A DNA stretch of 63,547 nucleotides, filler included, from Platydemus manokwari (lineage: Eukaryota), in the NCBI GenBank assembly GCA_037951405.1. It is 6 parts of 6 records of this genome, joined end to end, with 100 filler letters (N's around TTAATTAATTAA, not from the genome) between each part and the next. Parts side by side here need not be neighbours in the genome. Positions count along the whole stretch, not along the records: positions 39,055 to 54,473 come from JBBMOY011288094.1; positions 54,574 to 63,547 come from JBBMOY011320760.1; 4 more parts are not named here. The stretch is one strand, 5' to 3'. The notes under the pieces were generated by a model. It worked only from the letters and a program-made list of their open reading frames with translations. It did not search any database and was not told the origin of the DNA. The translations under genes were made by a program, and so were the position numbers. Below, in pieces: positions 50,091 to 63,547 of the stretch (the stretch's first letter is position 1; the number at the start of each line of letters is the position of its first letter).

Positions 50091-53000
50091 TGGATATTTA
50101 ATCACAGACTAAACATTGTAATTCATATAAGTCTTGCTTGGAATTGATATTGTTTGGTACTTATGATTTGCATGAAGAAAAGATGTCGTTTTACATAATT
50201 GTTATTAGGTGTTTTACATTTTCAGTGTAGATGTTTCATTAAAGTGTGTTATTCATCCACGAGGCTTCTGGTTTTCATTATCCTTTTATGTATCAGCAAT
50301 TTTCAGTTCACAAAAATCAACATACATCAGTAAAATACTAATAAAAGCCTCTATAACAATGAACATTATCTTTATAATTATCTTTATAATTGAGAGAGCA
50401 CAGAAAATTGGAAAAGAAAGCTAAGAAAAAAGAAACGACATTAAGATTGTACCAAGCAAACTTAGTCAATAAGGAAGATAGTCTGTGTGAGAATGAGAAG
50501 CAAACGCTCAGGAAATGAGAATAAAGTAGAAAATTTGTTAAAAATAGAAATTATTAGAAGCGAACGGAGATGTGTAGTGAAGATCTTTCTATAAAAAAAG
50601 AAATATAAGATAAATTGAATATATATTTAGACACTATATCTTTGATTCCCCAATCAATAAAAAAACTGTTCTAATAAAATCCTAATGTGACTTTAAACTG
50701 ATTTTACAATGTATACAATATTATCACTGATATTTTATTTCACTATGTCTTTTAAGGTTCTTATCTGGTATTATTATTTTACTGTCAATTCTTTATCTTG
50801 ACAGTGTCCACGACTTAATTAATTTAACAATAACCCACTAGCAGTAATTAGCTATTTATTTTATTGAACAAACTTTTATTGATAATTGACACCAATATTA
50901 CAACAATAAAAGCAATTGTTTAATAGTAACTAGTAATATACACCGAAATGCAGATTATAGGTACAATACGCGCAAAATGTTGGTTAATTAACTCCCTAGC
51001 TTTTACTCCTAAGAATGAACTTTGCTCTATATACCCGAATATAAATTTATAGATGATTTTTACAAAATGTTTCCTTATATACTGATGCTCGATTATAGGA
51101 TCGAATGTGAAAACGTTTCCAAACACTTTCAACACGGTTACAGGTTTTGAGAAATCGATCTTCTCTGACAACTTTGTACGAATACTTGTAGTAAACATAT
51201 GCTAGTAGTTTCTAAAGATTTAATTGAAAAGGGCTTATGTTTTTTACTGGTAAAATTACACTTTGCATTTTTTAAGTTAGTCATGGAAGTTTATTGTATT
51301 TTATTATATTTTTAATAATTTTATTATATTTTAATATTAAATTATAACAAAGATTTTTGAAATGAAAAATTTCATTATTATTTAATTTTGCTTACATAGT
51401 CGTCAACTTAATCAGGATAGTTTGTGGGTATTTGTTGTCACAATATTAAATGAATATTAAATGCAATTTTGGTTTATTTAGTGGTCATTTTCTCGGATAA
51501 AAAAATATTCTTGTAAAAAGGATTCTTAAATTAGAAACAATATATTAATGTTTCGATAATATTGGTAATAAACTTTTAAGCATTTTTATTTTTAATTCAG
51601 TGTATCATTTTTTAGACTTTGGAGAGCTGTGATAAAAAATATTTATTAATACATATGAAGTGTTTCGAGCTTGTGGTATTTTTGTTTTAATCAGTCTCAA
51701 ATTTAATTTTATTGATTTTTAGGATGGATAGCCGTTGTCTTGATCAGTCTCAAAGGAGTTCTAATCAAGCCTAAGGTACAAACTATAAAACCTTATTATT
51801 TTTATTATTTTAACTATATAATTGATTGGCAACAATGATCCAAAGGGGTTTCTAATTTTATCAGTCTCACTATTTTATAACTATTTATTGTACAATCCTC
51901 GATCAATAACTTAACTCCTGCTACACTAAACGTTTATTAAATATAAAGCAATAAATTACAAGTTAATGCTACAAATATACACCTAATAAAAATGTTGGTT
52001 CAAAGGCTAGCTTGTAATTTCAAGATTAAAAAGCGATTTATACTTCCTGCTCTTGGATTAAAACCAATGTTACATTCAACAGAGTTTTTTGTGAACACCG
52101 CTCTATAGTCAAATAATAAACGATAAATACTGATCAGTTGTTTTATATAACAATTGAACTTACTACTTGGTAATGGCAAATGGCATATACTGTTGACGAG
52201 CAATCAAATTATTCTTAATAAATCTTCTTAAATAACCTAGTAGTTTCTTAAAGTGGGCAACACAACACGAGCTAGTGGTTTCAGTAAATTAATGGGTAAG
52301 TTCTGATGTTTCGAACTTCTTATTATATGAAATTTATTCCGTGAGCTTAAAAGGTTTATTTTGTTACATAAAATTCTATTCCCCACGGATTTCCCATTTA
52401 ATATTAAATATTTTTCCTTAATTATCGAATTTTTATTATTGGAAATATTTAAAATATTTTAATACTATTTCATTTTCCTTTAAAGATTTTTTAAAATTAT
52501 TTCATTCCCCTTTTTTGCCAATACGAAATAATTGTAAAATTAAATATAAATTGTCAATATTATTATGTCAATATAATTATCAACATATTGGTTTTTTAAT
52601 CAACCGCTTTTTGATCATGAATAATTAATTTCAAAATAAAAGTGATACAATTTTAAATGTACCAAAACATAAAATATAACAATTCAGAATTCAAACGATG
52701 TGTTAAAGATTGTCAGGTTGTTGACATAGTAATAATAAGTTCAAATTACAATTGTACAATTTGTAACTCGATGTTATAATTCACAAAATTTGATCAGAAG
52801 GATTTAAATAGATTTAATGATAGTTGCCTTAGATCTTCAACTTATCCGGACTCCAAACAGAGAAGAGGTTGTTGTTGCTAGAACACTCGGGTGATAATAA
52901 TAATAGTATTTAAAATATAAATGATAAATAAAATAGAATGAGCAATACAAAACAAAATAAAATATATTGATCTTAAACTGATAATTGCATTACAACAAAT

Positions 53001-54372
53001 TTAAATAACTCAAGACGGTATTCGTTATTGTGGGGGGAAAGAGATATGTAGTCAAGTAAAAAGTAAAGGGCGTACCGCTTAGGTGCTCGGGTAAGCCTCT
53101 CGTGACAAAAATTTGAAAGTGGGGAACTTTTTAAGTGAGAACCTATAGGAATTTAAAAGACCTCAAGGCTAAGACTAGTCGTGGTTCGGTATTTAATAAA
53201 ATAGTGAAAAAATATACTTGTTAAATGCATCATAAAATAAAATTCTTCAAATGTGGAGGATAAATTTTTCATACAAGCAATAATAAGTTTCTTCAAATTC
53301 TGCGGCTTCAAATGGTCATACAATTTGTAGATGTAATGAGTCGAAGTGCAAGTGCTGTCTGTTTATCCCAGTTTACATACTATTTTATGTCTTATTGTGA
53401 ATCATACATCCTGTTGCTTTTTTTGGTAACATTCTATGCTTAGCAGTATATGTTGCTAATTTTAGCATATGTACAGCACAGGTTACTATTTTTAGCCTAT
53501 ATGTCTATTTATGGCAACAAGTGTGGTTATTTTAGTTTTACGTACACCATTGAATCTGTTTTTATATTTGAATGTGATTTTACCCAATGACCTTAATGTC
53601 GATTAATTTTGGTGCAGTAAAACAAATTTAAAAATTTTATGAACATTTTTTGTATTTTTGAAAAAAATTTTATATTATTATTTTTACTTATTTTATGCTT
53701 TGGTTGGGTCAAAGTGGCTTGGTTAGTTCTTCACATATGCTACTAAAAATGCATCGTAACATTACCAAAAAGGTACATTTAGTTCTGCTACCTTGAACAC
53801 AATCGTTACGTAAAAAATTTAAAATTCATATAAATTATACACTATACATTGATATAAACATTGCTTAACTTATACACTGATATAAATTACTACTTTAACA
53901 GCAGATAATACAATATTGTTTATAGAATACAACAGCTTATATGAATACAGGATTTTGTCAATTGTTTATTGTTAGTTTTTTACTTGTTTGCCCAGATCCC
54001 CAACACATATACAGAGTGAAGGTTCACACAGTGATGTAATTCTGTCATATTGGAACTCTTGTTTTGGTACTTTACACATATAATGCCTACACAACTATAC
54101 ATCCATAACAATTGACCAATAAGAGAGGCCATAAATTGGAGATTCTAAACTAGTGAAGGAATAACTGCATAATAACCCACACAAAAGGTACGACCAATCA
54201 CGATAATAGAAAATCGATAAGTTCAATAAGATTTGGAGACATAGATTATCAAATTATTTTTAGCAACCAATGATACACACAAATTTCAAGCATAAATAGC
54301 CACGTAAACGCAACATATTAACACTTGGAAGCTGAACGGATGTGTTTTTTGTTTATTGATGTGGTGATCAGC

Positions 54373-54473
54373 AAGAGTAGAATTTGGAGACATCGATTTT
54401 ATAGTTGAGTGGTATCCAGAAAGAGTAGAATTTGGTGACATCGATTTTATAGTGGAGACTTATTCACGAAGAG
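54373..54473 (+). repeat. 48-bp tandem repeat (2 copies plus start of a third) at contig end, possibly coding
   Basis: AAGAG starts at 54373, 54421 and 54469. One frame reads RVEFGDIDFIVEWYPE / RVEFGDIDFIVETYSR. Confidence 0.75.
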
Positions 54474-54573
54474 NNNNNNNNNNNNNNNNNNNNNNNNNNN
54501 NNNNNNNNNNNNNNNNNTTAATTAATTAANNNNNNNNNNNNNNNNNNNNNNNNNNNNNNNNNNNNNNNNNNNN
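54474..54573. other. Artificial contig linker
   Basis: N44-TTAATTAATTAA-N44. Confidence 0.99.
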
Positions 54574-54679
54574 ATTTTATATTTTGTCCATTTTCCAATG
54601 TTTTATACCAAATATTGCTTTTTTAGAATGAGCTTTTTTGTCATTGGTTATTGGTATTTTTCTTCATACCAACTTATCG

Positions 54680-54682
<3 letters not shown>

Positions 54683-54737
<55 letters not shown>

Positions 54738-54744
54738 GGTGTGT
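54683..54744. repeat. Compound (AT)n(GT)n microsatellite
   Basis: Directly visible; typical of eukaryotic genomes. Confidence 0.95.
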
Positions 54745-57700
54745 AACAGAGGGTGAGCTAATTACACATGATTTACAAAAACCAACGAGAACTTAAACAT
54801 CCATTGAAATTATATAACGTTGGATTTTGTTACATTTTTAAATGATATTTTCTATATGAACTTATTTTAGAATTTTTCTACATAAAAGTGTGCTAGCACA
54901 TTTATCTGACGTCTATTACATAAGAATCTCCAATTATCGATTTGATTTGCTAATTTGTTCCCTGTCATTTTCTAATGACGATTTCGTGTTCTTACCATTA
55001 TTGGCATCTGGGGTTTTTAGTCTGTATTTATCAATTTTTGTTTTCGAATTTCAATCTGTAGATGAATTTGATTTAATTTTATCATTTCATAATCAGGAGA
55101 GCGAAAGTCTAGAAAATCACGTACCGACCAATGCTGCCAATATGCCAAATGAAAACAATGAAACAGTCACATCGTCCCAGGGAGGGAATGTATAAGGATC
55201 GATATATACATATATATAATACACATATATATTGAATATCACTGAATTCTGATTAATTTTTGGGATTTTTTGTATATGAAGAATTTTTTTCTGGGTTTCA
55301 TTTCTAGCAAAATGATGGTGTATAATATGGTTTAATTTTGAATTATTTTTGTAATGCTGCTGTTCCTACCGTACTACAACCGTTGCTGGTGATGGTACAA
55401 GCGGTATTATTCAAACAACATCATATCCATTTAAAAATTTTATAAAATTGCAAAAAAAAACTAAAAAATCAATAGAAAAATTAACTTAAATATTTAATTA
55501 TTTTTTTAATCGATTATCTTTGTGTTTCTCAATTTTTGTGTCAGCATTTATAAAAACAACTTTATACGTAATTGTCTTTATATAAATATATAAGGTTTGT
55601 AAAAATTTTACTGTAATTAAAATTTTCGAAATGTCGATAATTGTCGCTGGTAACCATAGTAGCAGAATAGATATTTACAGAAATTATTTGACTGGGTTTT
55701 TTTTCAATTTTTAATTAATTTAGGTTATTTAATAATTTTTTTCTAACGGAAATTGATTTTACTAACTGATAATAAGTATAAAATGTTCATTTTTGAAAAT
55801 ATGCTTATTAATTGATGTTATGTTGTTTTAATAAATGCTTTGAATCAGAAACCGTAATTCAATCGATAGACTTTAAATCGATGACAATGTCTGATAATTT
55901 TCGGTTACCATACAAGAAATATACCAAGCAAAGTGAATTTAATTCTTTGGTTCAGGTTCAAAGGATTTATCAGTTTGTTTACAATTTCTATTAAATGGTG
56001 ATCATTTTCAATTTTTCTTCAACATTTATCTGCATCAATAATGGATTTTATAAAGTTTTAACATGATTTTAATTATAGATGAATATTGTTGCTTGAAATA
56101 AATAATACCAAAAGCCTAACGAAAATATTATTGTTTTTTCCTTTATAGTAATATTGAGCGATGAAAGATTTTATTTGAATTTTCTAAACAAACCAGCATG
56201 TATTTTCTTATAATTGACTTGACTAGGTTGATAACACAAACAAACTTATTGATTTCATTTGTATATTGCGAAGCTGTAATGCTTCATCATATACTTTGAA
56301 CTTATTTTCCATTGTTATTATTATCACGAGTTCATTTGATGAGTTTTATTACTCTTGCATTGTTATGTGAGAAAATCAAACCCAACCATTTTATATATAA
56401 GTTTGGAGTTGTTATTTCTATAAAGACCACAATCGATTTTGATTATTATGAAAACAATTTTAACAATTCAATAGATTAGGATTGGTTTTTTCTGAAAAAC
56501 TCTTCAATGTTGGAAATGAACGATTGTTTGAATATTTTATTGATCAAAATATTAGTTCCAAAGCAAATGAAATCCCAATAGGCTAAGTCATTGTCATATA
56601 TTTAATCGACCAATTGTATTTATTGAATGAAATTATGAATTACTGAAACAACAATAATGATCAGAGAACTAGTGTGAAAATAAAGCAGTACTGAATAATA
56701 TACAATAACAAGACTTTTTAAAATTTTATGAGAATAGGAACAATATAGAAAATATATATTATGAAACATTAACGGTTTCCATAGGTCTTAATTACATTTC
56801 ATTTTTAATTAGATTAAGTTACATTTAATAGATATAGATCTCGGACAAGAATCTCATCAGAAAAATGCTTTGCTCTGTGATATTTAATAATTTTATTCAC
56901 ATTCTGTACAGTGCTTATTATTGAATCTTTAGTTAAGCTTGATATTACAAACTGGGTCGAAATCTAAGACGTTGAGTCGATTCAAACTACTTGGAATAAA
57001 TCCGCTTTATTATGAATTTATTTATAAATGTCAATCGGAAACAATGGATTAGAAGGGTATCTTCTATTTTCTAAAATCAAATAATTCGTCTTTCTGGCTA
57101 TAATATTGAAACACTAAATAAAGTCGTACTGCCGATATTTGTGATTGATTTTAAGTCACTTTTTACAGTGAAATTTTAATCTTGGAAGTAATATATAAAA
57201 AATACTATATAATTTGATTATAATCGAAGTCAATAAGATAATAAATCAGCGACGTTATTAGTAATTTCTATATAATCTTTCTCGTTATAAATATAAGCCC
57301 TTAAAACTTTACTTCATTATAGTTGACTTTATAATTTTTATTCATATTTTTTAGCTATTTATGGTTTTATTCAACAAATATAAACAAATATTGCCGTTCT
57401 GCATTAAAAAATGAATCAGAATCCCAAATATCATCGAATCTCTTTTTTAAAACAAATCGCCAATAAAAATCCCATCAGTCTTATTTGACCTTAAGGCACA
57501 AAAGAAAACAATCTTCTAATTTTAGATTCGATTTAACAAATTAATTAAAGGTAAATTGTTTGAAATTAATAATCATCTGAATTAGTAAATAGGTTTTAAC
57601 GATACGTTACGGGATTTCTGTGGGTACGAAATGGGAAAATTTTACAATTAATTATTCTTGATTTCAAGTTCGTTACAAAGAGTGGTTAAGAATTTCAATA

Positions 57701-59963
57701 TATTTAATATAAATAATTAAAAATTTAACTAGTTATTACTGAAGGAATTACAAAATTAATGAGAATAAAGCTTTAATAATGAAAATATTTGTAAAAGGAG
57801 TTGAAAATATAAAACCTTAGGAATATCTGTTGTCGAAAATATATTTGTGAATATTTTCATAGATGGTATTTTCAAATAGCTTAATTTACTTTTCCTTGTA
57901 TTCTTAAACTCTTATTGTTTCATGGAGTCTTACTTTTTCAAGAAAAACATGTCATGACATTGTGTTATACTTTGAGCCCACATTATAATTTCATTTATCA
58001 CCTTTTAATAATTTTCAAATCCCAAATTCTTGACTCGAATGTAGCTTAAAATTTACTAAGTGACTCATTATTTTGCAATCCTCGATTTTATCAATTACAT
58101 ATAGATATGTCTACATTAGTTTACAAGCACACATGACGACCAATCAGAACCATGATAAAATATAAAATTCATTTCACTGTAACACAATGTAACTCAACTG
58201 AAAAATAATAGAGGATGACCAATCACTGCCCTGAATAATTACAAATTCCAATAATGAATTTCGAAAAATGGGTGATTTACGAAAATCAAGCACATAGAAA
58301 AGGACCGCAAAAGCAATAATAACAATTCACTAATAGAAAAAATGTTAACATATAGAATAAGTCTATTATCTAGAATATAATATTTTTTTAACAATAAAGA
58401 TGCTTTATCTCAACAGTTTTGTTTTAATAAAATCGATATAGAATGTTATAATCATTGTTTAATAATACAGTTTTTTTAACTTTTGAGATAAGTTGCGCAT
58501 TATTCTACATACTAAAGCCCGTAGCCACGTGCTGCTGACATAGAATGCAAATTGCTTAATAACTGTTATCAATTATGGCTGTGTGTTATTAAAAAGTATA
58601 AAATCAGTTATGAGATAGAAGACGCAGTCTTATTTCCATGTCACAAAACAGAATAATAGTACCTATACAACAAACGTGATTGGCAAAATATGGCTATACA
58701 AAACAAAAAATTGCGTCTGGTTCTCTTTAATTAATTCTTGTGAATGACCGTATCACAAAATCGTATCTGAAACTAATAACATGCATTGTTCGAGTCTCGA
58801 TGGAATAAACTTTTGTCTAGGTTAAGTGTAACTATAAGTATTATCGGTTAATTTAGAGATTGACCGTAAATCAAATCAGTTTTCATTGAAAATTAAACAC
58901 ATTATTGATCTAACAACCTGGTTCCGCTAATTGTTTACCAAATGTGAGATCAAAAACGAATGAATTTTTAACTTTTTGGAACAGAAAGGCAATATTTTTA
59001 AAACAGACGAAATCGTCTACTTACAAATCACTCAAGCACACTTGATAAGAATAGGCACTACATATTTCTCGAGTAAATTTGACATTTGTATTTGATACTT
59101 ACGTTCATATTCTTGAAATACAAATCAATTCGAGTAAATAAATCAATTAAACCTCATATTTTGTCGGGATAGCTTTTGTAGAATTAATTTTCAATCTTAG
59201 ATTTCGGCAATGTTTTCCTTTTATATATATGGGAAATCAGAGCTTAAGGGAATAATTCAATTCGCTGTTTGAATCTTTATTAATCCTTTATTAAAAAAAT
59301 AATATTAGCAAGTGTATTTTAAAATCAAACTCAATCGATTTAGCTATTGATTATGTAATAACTATATTACCTGAATTAGACAAGAACGTTTATTTACATT
59401 TTCATTGTGATTTTGAACATGATATTAACCAACGATTTTAATTTAAATATACAATGGGTAAAATTATTCGGCAGTTTAAAAATAAATTGGCCAAGTTTTT
59501 CAGCAAACCAATCATATAGGTAAGATTCAATGTTTTAGATAATATCATGATGCATTTTAATACTTTATGTCTACATTTGATAATATTAGTGAGTGACGCA
59601 CTGGCTTTTTATAATTTACAAAAGCCACAACGTATTATTTAAGTACACACACACATAAATGAATCATATTATTAACGCATAATTTTTCAAGATATTTGAA
59701 AATGGGTGATTGGATACAAGATAAATAATACAAATGTTTGTTATAAATCTATATCTCTGATATTAAAATTTCCAAGGAATGAAAAAAAATTTTCAAAATA
59801 ATAAAAGTACAATCGGATTTCAGAAGGAGCCGCACTTAACTCGACTGATAGTTACACACTTTCTTAACTACCGCATTTACATTTACGTTGCTATTTACAA
59901 TAAAGAATGAAATAATAAATGACGATTAAGTGAGACTGAACATATTGGCACATTGTCTTGTAG

Positions 59964-60502
59964 TGAATATATTGAGTGAGATGTCATGAATATATTGAGT
60001 GAGATGTCATGAATATATTTAGTGAGATGCAATGAATATATTGAGTGGGATGTAATGAATATATTGAGTGGGATGTAATGAATATATTGAGTGAGATGTC
60101 ATGAATATATTGAGTGAGATGTCATGAATATATTGAGTGAGATGTCATGAATATATTGAGTGGCATGTAATGAATATATTGAGTGAGATGTCATTTATAT
60201 ATTTAGTGAGATGTCATGAATGTATTATTTGAAACGTAATGAATATACTGGGTGAGATGTCATGAATATATTGAGTGAGATGTAATGAATATATTGAGTG
60301 AGATGTCATGAATATATTGAGTGGGATGTAATGAATATATTAAGTGAGATGTCATGAATATATTTAGTGAGATGTAATGAATATATTTAGTGAGATGTCA
60401 TGAATATATTGAGTGAGATGTCATGAATATATTGAGTGGGATGTCATGCATATATTGAGTGGGATGTCATGAATATATTGAGTGAGATGTCATGCATATA
60501 TT
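59964..60502. repeat. 23-bp minisatellite, 23 full units plus a 10-bp partial; consensus TGAATATATTGAGTGAGATGTCA
   Basis: Head-to-tail units with substitutions only: 59964 to 60493 is exactly 23x23 bp. No spacers. Confidence 0.97.
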
Positions 60503-60773
60503 TTAAAGTTAGAAAAAACAAATACTGACAAACAAAAATATATATAATTAACGCAAATTGCACTTTACGGTTCAAATTAAAATATTTGTCACATAATATA
60601 TAATTAACGTATAAAGCTTTCATGATAAGATCAACGGAATAAATAATGAAACAATATCGATCTTTAGCACATCATCGGGTAGAGTGAATATATTTCTCAA
60701 ACAATTATAAAATTCTCTTAATACCAATAATCTAACAGAAAACCAATTATTCAAAAAAATAAAATAAAATAAA

Positions 60774-62506
60774 CTATTGTCCAAGGGTCCCAAAAATTAT
60801 TTTCGCTTTTTCATTGACCAATGCACTCTCAACGGAAGATATTGTTTCAATGAAACCAGACGTGTTTAACGACATTTTTCCAATAATGGAATCGAGTTTA
60901 CTAATATCCGGTTTGTTTGAATTCAAAACGTATTGAGTAGCTTCGATTTTGTGTGACTGCAACTCCTTTACCATTTGACCATACGAATGTTGAGTAGGAA
61001 GAAAGGAGATGAATATCAATTCACACACACCGACTTCTTCGATATATTTCTTAAACAATGGAGCAAATCGATAACCTTGATATAATGTGTTTTCTTCTTC
61101 ATCTGTTACCAAAATAATTGTTTTCAGATGAGTTTTTCCTTCATAAAATGGCCACAAGGCAGCTGCTGGGGCGGTAGAATTAGTTGCTTCGGTATTGAGT
61201 GCGAGATCAATGACATCGGAAATGGAATTGGGATTTTTAGTCGGACTCCAGTATTTATCATTAAAGAAAACTAATTGAGCACTTGTAAAGACTGTCAAGA
61301 ATGACGAGATAATCGTAGCGATTCTTATGGCAACGTTCATGGAAGAAGAAGCATCAGCGAACACGCCAATCGGACCCTCAAGATTATGAGTATATTCCTT
61401 TAACTTTTTCTCTGCGATCTCCAATAATTGATTATAGAAACAAACATCCTTAGGTTTGAGCATCATTAATCTTTCCATGAGTTTTCCATATCCAAACTCC
61501 AGATTTCCTTCATTCAATATTCTTTCTCTTATGACTTCATCGACTTCTTTGCACTCGACATCCTCATACCACCAAATAGCACGACCAACATTGTCATCAT
61601 TTCTCACGATAATTGCCTTTGATTCATTGGTGAGAACGTTTTTAAATTTGCTAACTTTATGAAATGGTAACGGAGCGGATTTCAAAATTTCATTGACATT
61701 TTCAGCGTTGATTTCTTTGGATATATGTACTGATGAGATATCAGGAGCCGGTTCACCATAGCAATAAGTCAAGAACCATGGCAACGAGTGAAATGTTTTA
61801 CTGGGATTAAAATGAGCAATGTCCGCCATTTCTTTCCACACACCGGTTTCGAAATTCATGGCTGTAAATTCCAGTTCCGATTGATTGAATTCGGTTGCCC
61901 ATGCTCGTATTTGTCGACAAAGTGCTCCACTTACTGAACCGAAATTGAGCTTTTGTTTGTTTAATATCGCAATTTTTCGCTCATATTTCTTAAACGTTGA
62001 CATGTTCACTGTGATTTTTTTCTCTTCAGTGAGCTTCTTCAATTTATCGACTTTCTTTTGAATGGATTTAATTTGTCGAGGAATATCAAGAATATTCAAG
62101 GCTTTTGATACTTCAACACAACTGAAAATCTTTTTCATACCCAAGAAAGTACTGGCCATATCACGATCCTTTCGAGCCCAAGCACAGCAAAGCATTTTGA
62201 CTTTGGCACCTTAATCAATAAAATAAATGAAAAATCCATTCCAAAAATTCCATTTTACTTACTGGGAAGAATTTCGATTTTCATATAAACCAATTGGAAA
62301 ACCGTTGCAAGATATCGATTCCGGTGATTTTGCTGAGCATCATAATGAGCATTGAATGTGGTGATATTTAGAAAGTAGGCAGTAGGATTTGTTATAAAAT
62401 CATATTGTTTAATAAAGGCATCGTTTTCATTCGATAAAGATGATTTCCGGATTGATAAATTTCGAACACGATTTTTACGATTTTTACGTCCTTTTTTAGG
62501 AGCCAT
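60774..62506 (-). CDS. 559-aa protein with C-terminal vWA (MIDAS) domain, Ro60/TROVE-like architecture
   Basis: Exon 62506-62263 (MAPKKGRKNRKNR...) plus 53-nt GTAAGT..AAG intron plus exon 62209-60774 gives 1680 nt in frame. MIDAS-like motifs: GVFADASSSM, NSTAPAAAL, IILVTDEEEN. These are preceded by a large helical, basic region. Confidence 0.8.
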
Positions 62507-63547
62507 AGAAATAAACTGAACAGAATACAAGATAGATATAATTTGAAATTTAATTGGCTTATGAGAAATTTTATAAATGACGTAGTTACTAATTATAGAT
62601 ATTATCGATTATTTGTCGAACGTTGTACCTCTGCAATATTTACTGACATTTATTTGCAATTCACAATACAATGCTATTTAAAACTATTTCATCACACCAT
62701 AGCAATTATTGGTGTCCACAAATTTATTCGGAATGCGGTAATAATTATATATATTGTGTAATAATCATCATATAACTAATAATTATAATAATATGTAAAT
62801 AATCAAAGGATTACTATATCTACTTAGATAAATAAAATTAAATAAATAATTAAATAAATAATAATTAAATTTCCATATTATTTTTTAAAAATATGATTTT
62901 ATTTCCAAGAATAACACTTTTCCAATCAAGAATGCAGACAACGTTTCTAATGACTAATTTTATTTTGTAATATTGAAGAACATGTGAAAAAATGCAGCAA
63001 GAAAAATGGATTCACAAATATCCAATCAAATTGTGCCAATCGATTGTGTCTCAGATTTCTGTGTTTTGGCTTTCGATTTCGTTGGACTTTTCCAACACTA
63101 ATCTATTTTCGTTTAAATGTGTGAAAAGGGTTTCAAAAATGAATCGTTCACAGTCTTTTATGCTTTAAGTTATTATTGATTTTTAGTTCCTGTTTGAAGT
63201 TTATTTATTGGAAAATTGAATAAGTCAAAAATCAACCAATTAGAATAATTATACTTTATGACTGAAAACTATTTAAAAGTTACCTTGTGGTATTAAAATA
63301 GTTTTTGAAATAAATTTCGATGACGTTGGCGTTATATTTTTACTTAATTGGTATTAAATGATATTTTTTTCGTTCAATTAGGGTTACAAGCACAGAAAAC
63401 TATATAAATTGATGGTACTGTTTCAATAAAAGTATAATATTTAAAATTTTATAAAGTTTAATAGAATTCGGGGTACTATACGGTTATCGCTGTACATATT
63501 TTTAATCTTTTTAAATTCATTATTGATTTCTTTATCTTTATTGATTT

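Noticed and set aside
50920-51198. 92-aa ORF as a gene
   Set aside because: No recognisable motif or exon partners; cannot be supported.
54373-54473. CRISPR-like repeat-spacer structure
   Set aside because: The variable part is only about 11-15 bp, there are only two full units and no cas genes, and the substitutions look synonymous in an open frame.
58135-58230. Paired GACCAATCA (CCAAT-box) motifs as a promoter
   Set aside because: No associated gene start was identified nearby.
59964-60502. CRISPR array
   Set aside because: Units are directly abutting with no unique spacers, there are no cas genes, and the context is eukaryotic.

Overview
This window is not a continuous prokaryotic region. 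It is six unrelated contigs (1-9949, 10050-19091, 19192-29596, 29697-38954, 39055-54473, 54574-63547) joined by artificial 100-bp linkers (N44-TTAATTAATTAA-N44). Almost all of it is very AT-rich animal nuclear DNA with short GT-AG introns (mostly about 41-62 nt). A flatworm/planarian-like lophotrochozoan is my guess for the host, and that is inference only. Genes I could reconstruct by hand: (1) the 5' part of a large SCO-spondin/VWF-like secreted protein (signal peptide-EMI-EGF-TB-like-3x[VWD-C8-TIL]-LDLa); (2) the last three exons of an intersectin (SH3D, SH3E); (3) two tandem paralogous small secreted 8-cysteine-domain proteins I do not recognise; (4) a DNAJC4-like J-domain protein; (5) a two-exon 559-aa vWA (Ro60/TROVE-like) protein, followed by a 23 x 23-bp tandem array. 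Between the genes are decayed mariner/Tc1/pogo elements, two copies of a short-LTR Gypsy family and probable Penelope relics. The only bacterial sequence is a 604-bp uninterrupted Rickettsia-type yidC 5' fragment, fused to host-like DNA exactly at its missing start codon. I found no CRISPR array, rRNA or tRNA. All family assignments come from motif recognition, not database searches.
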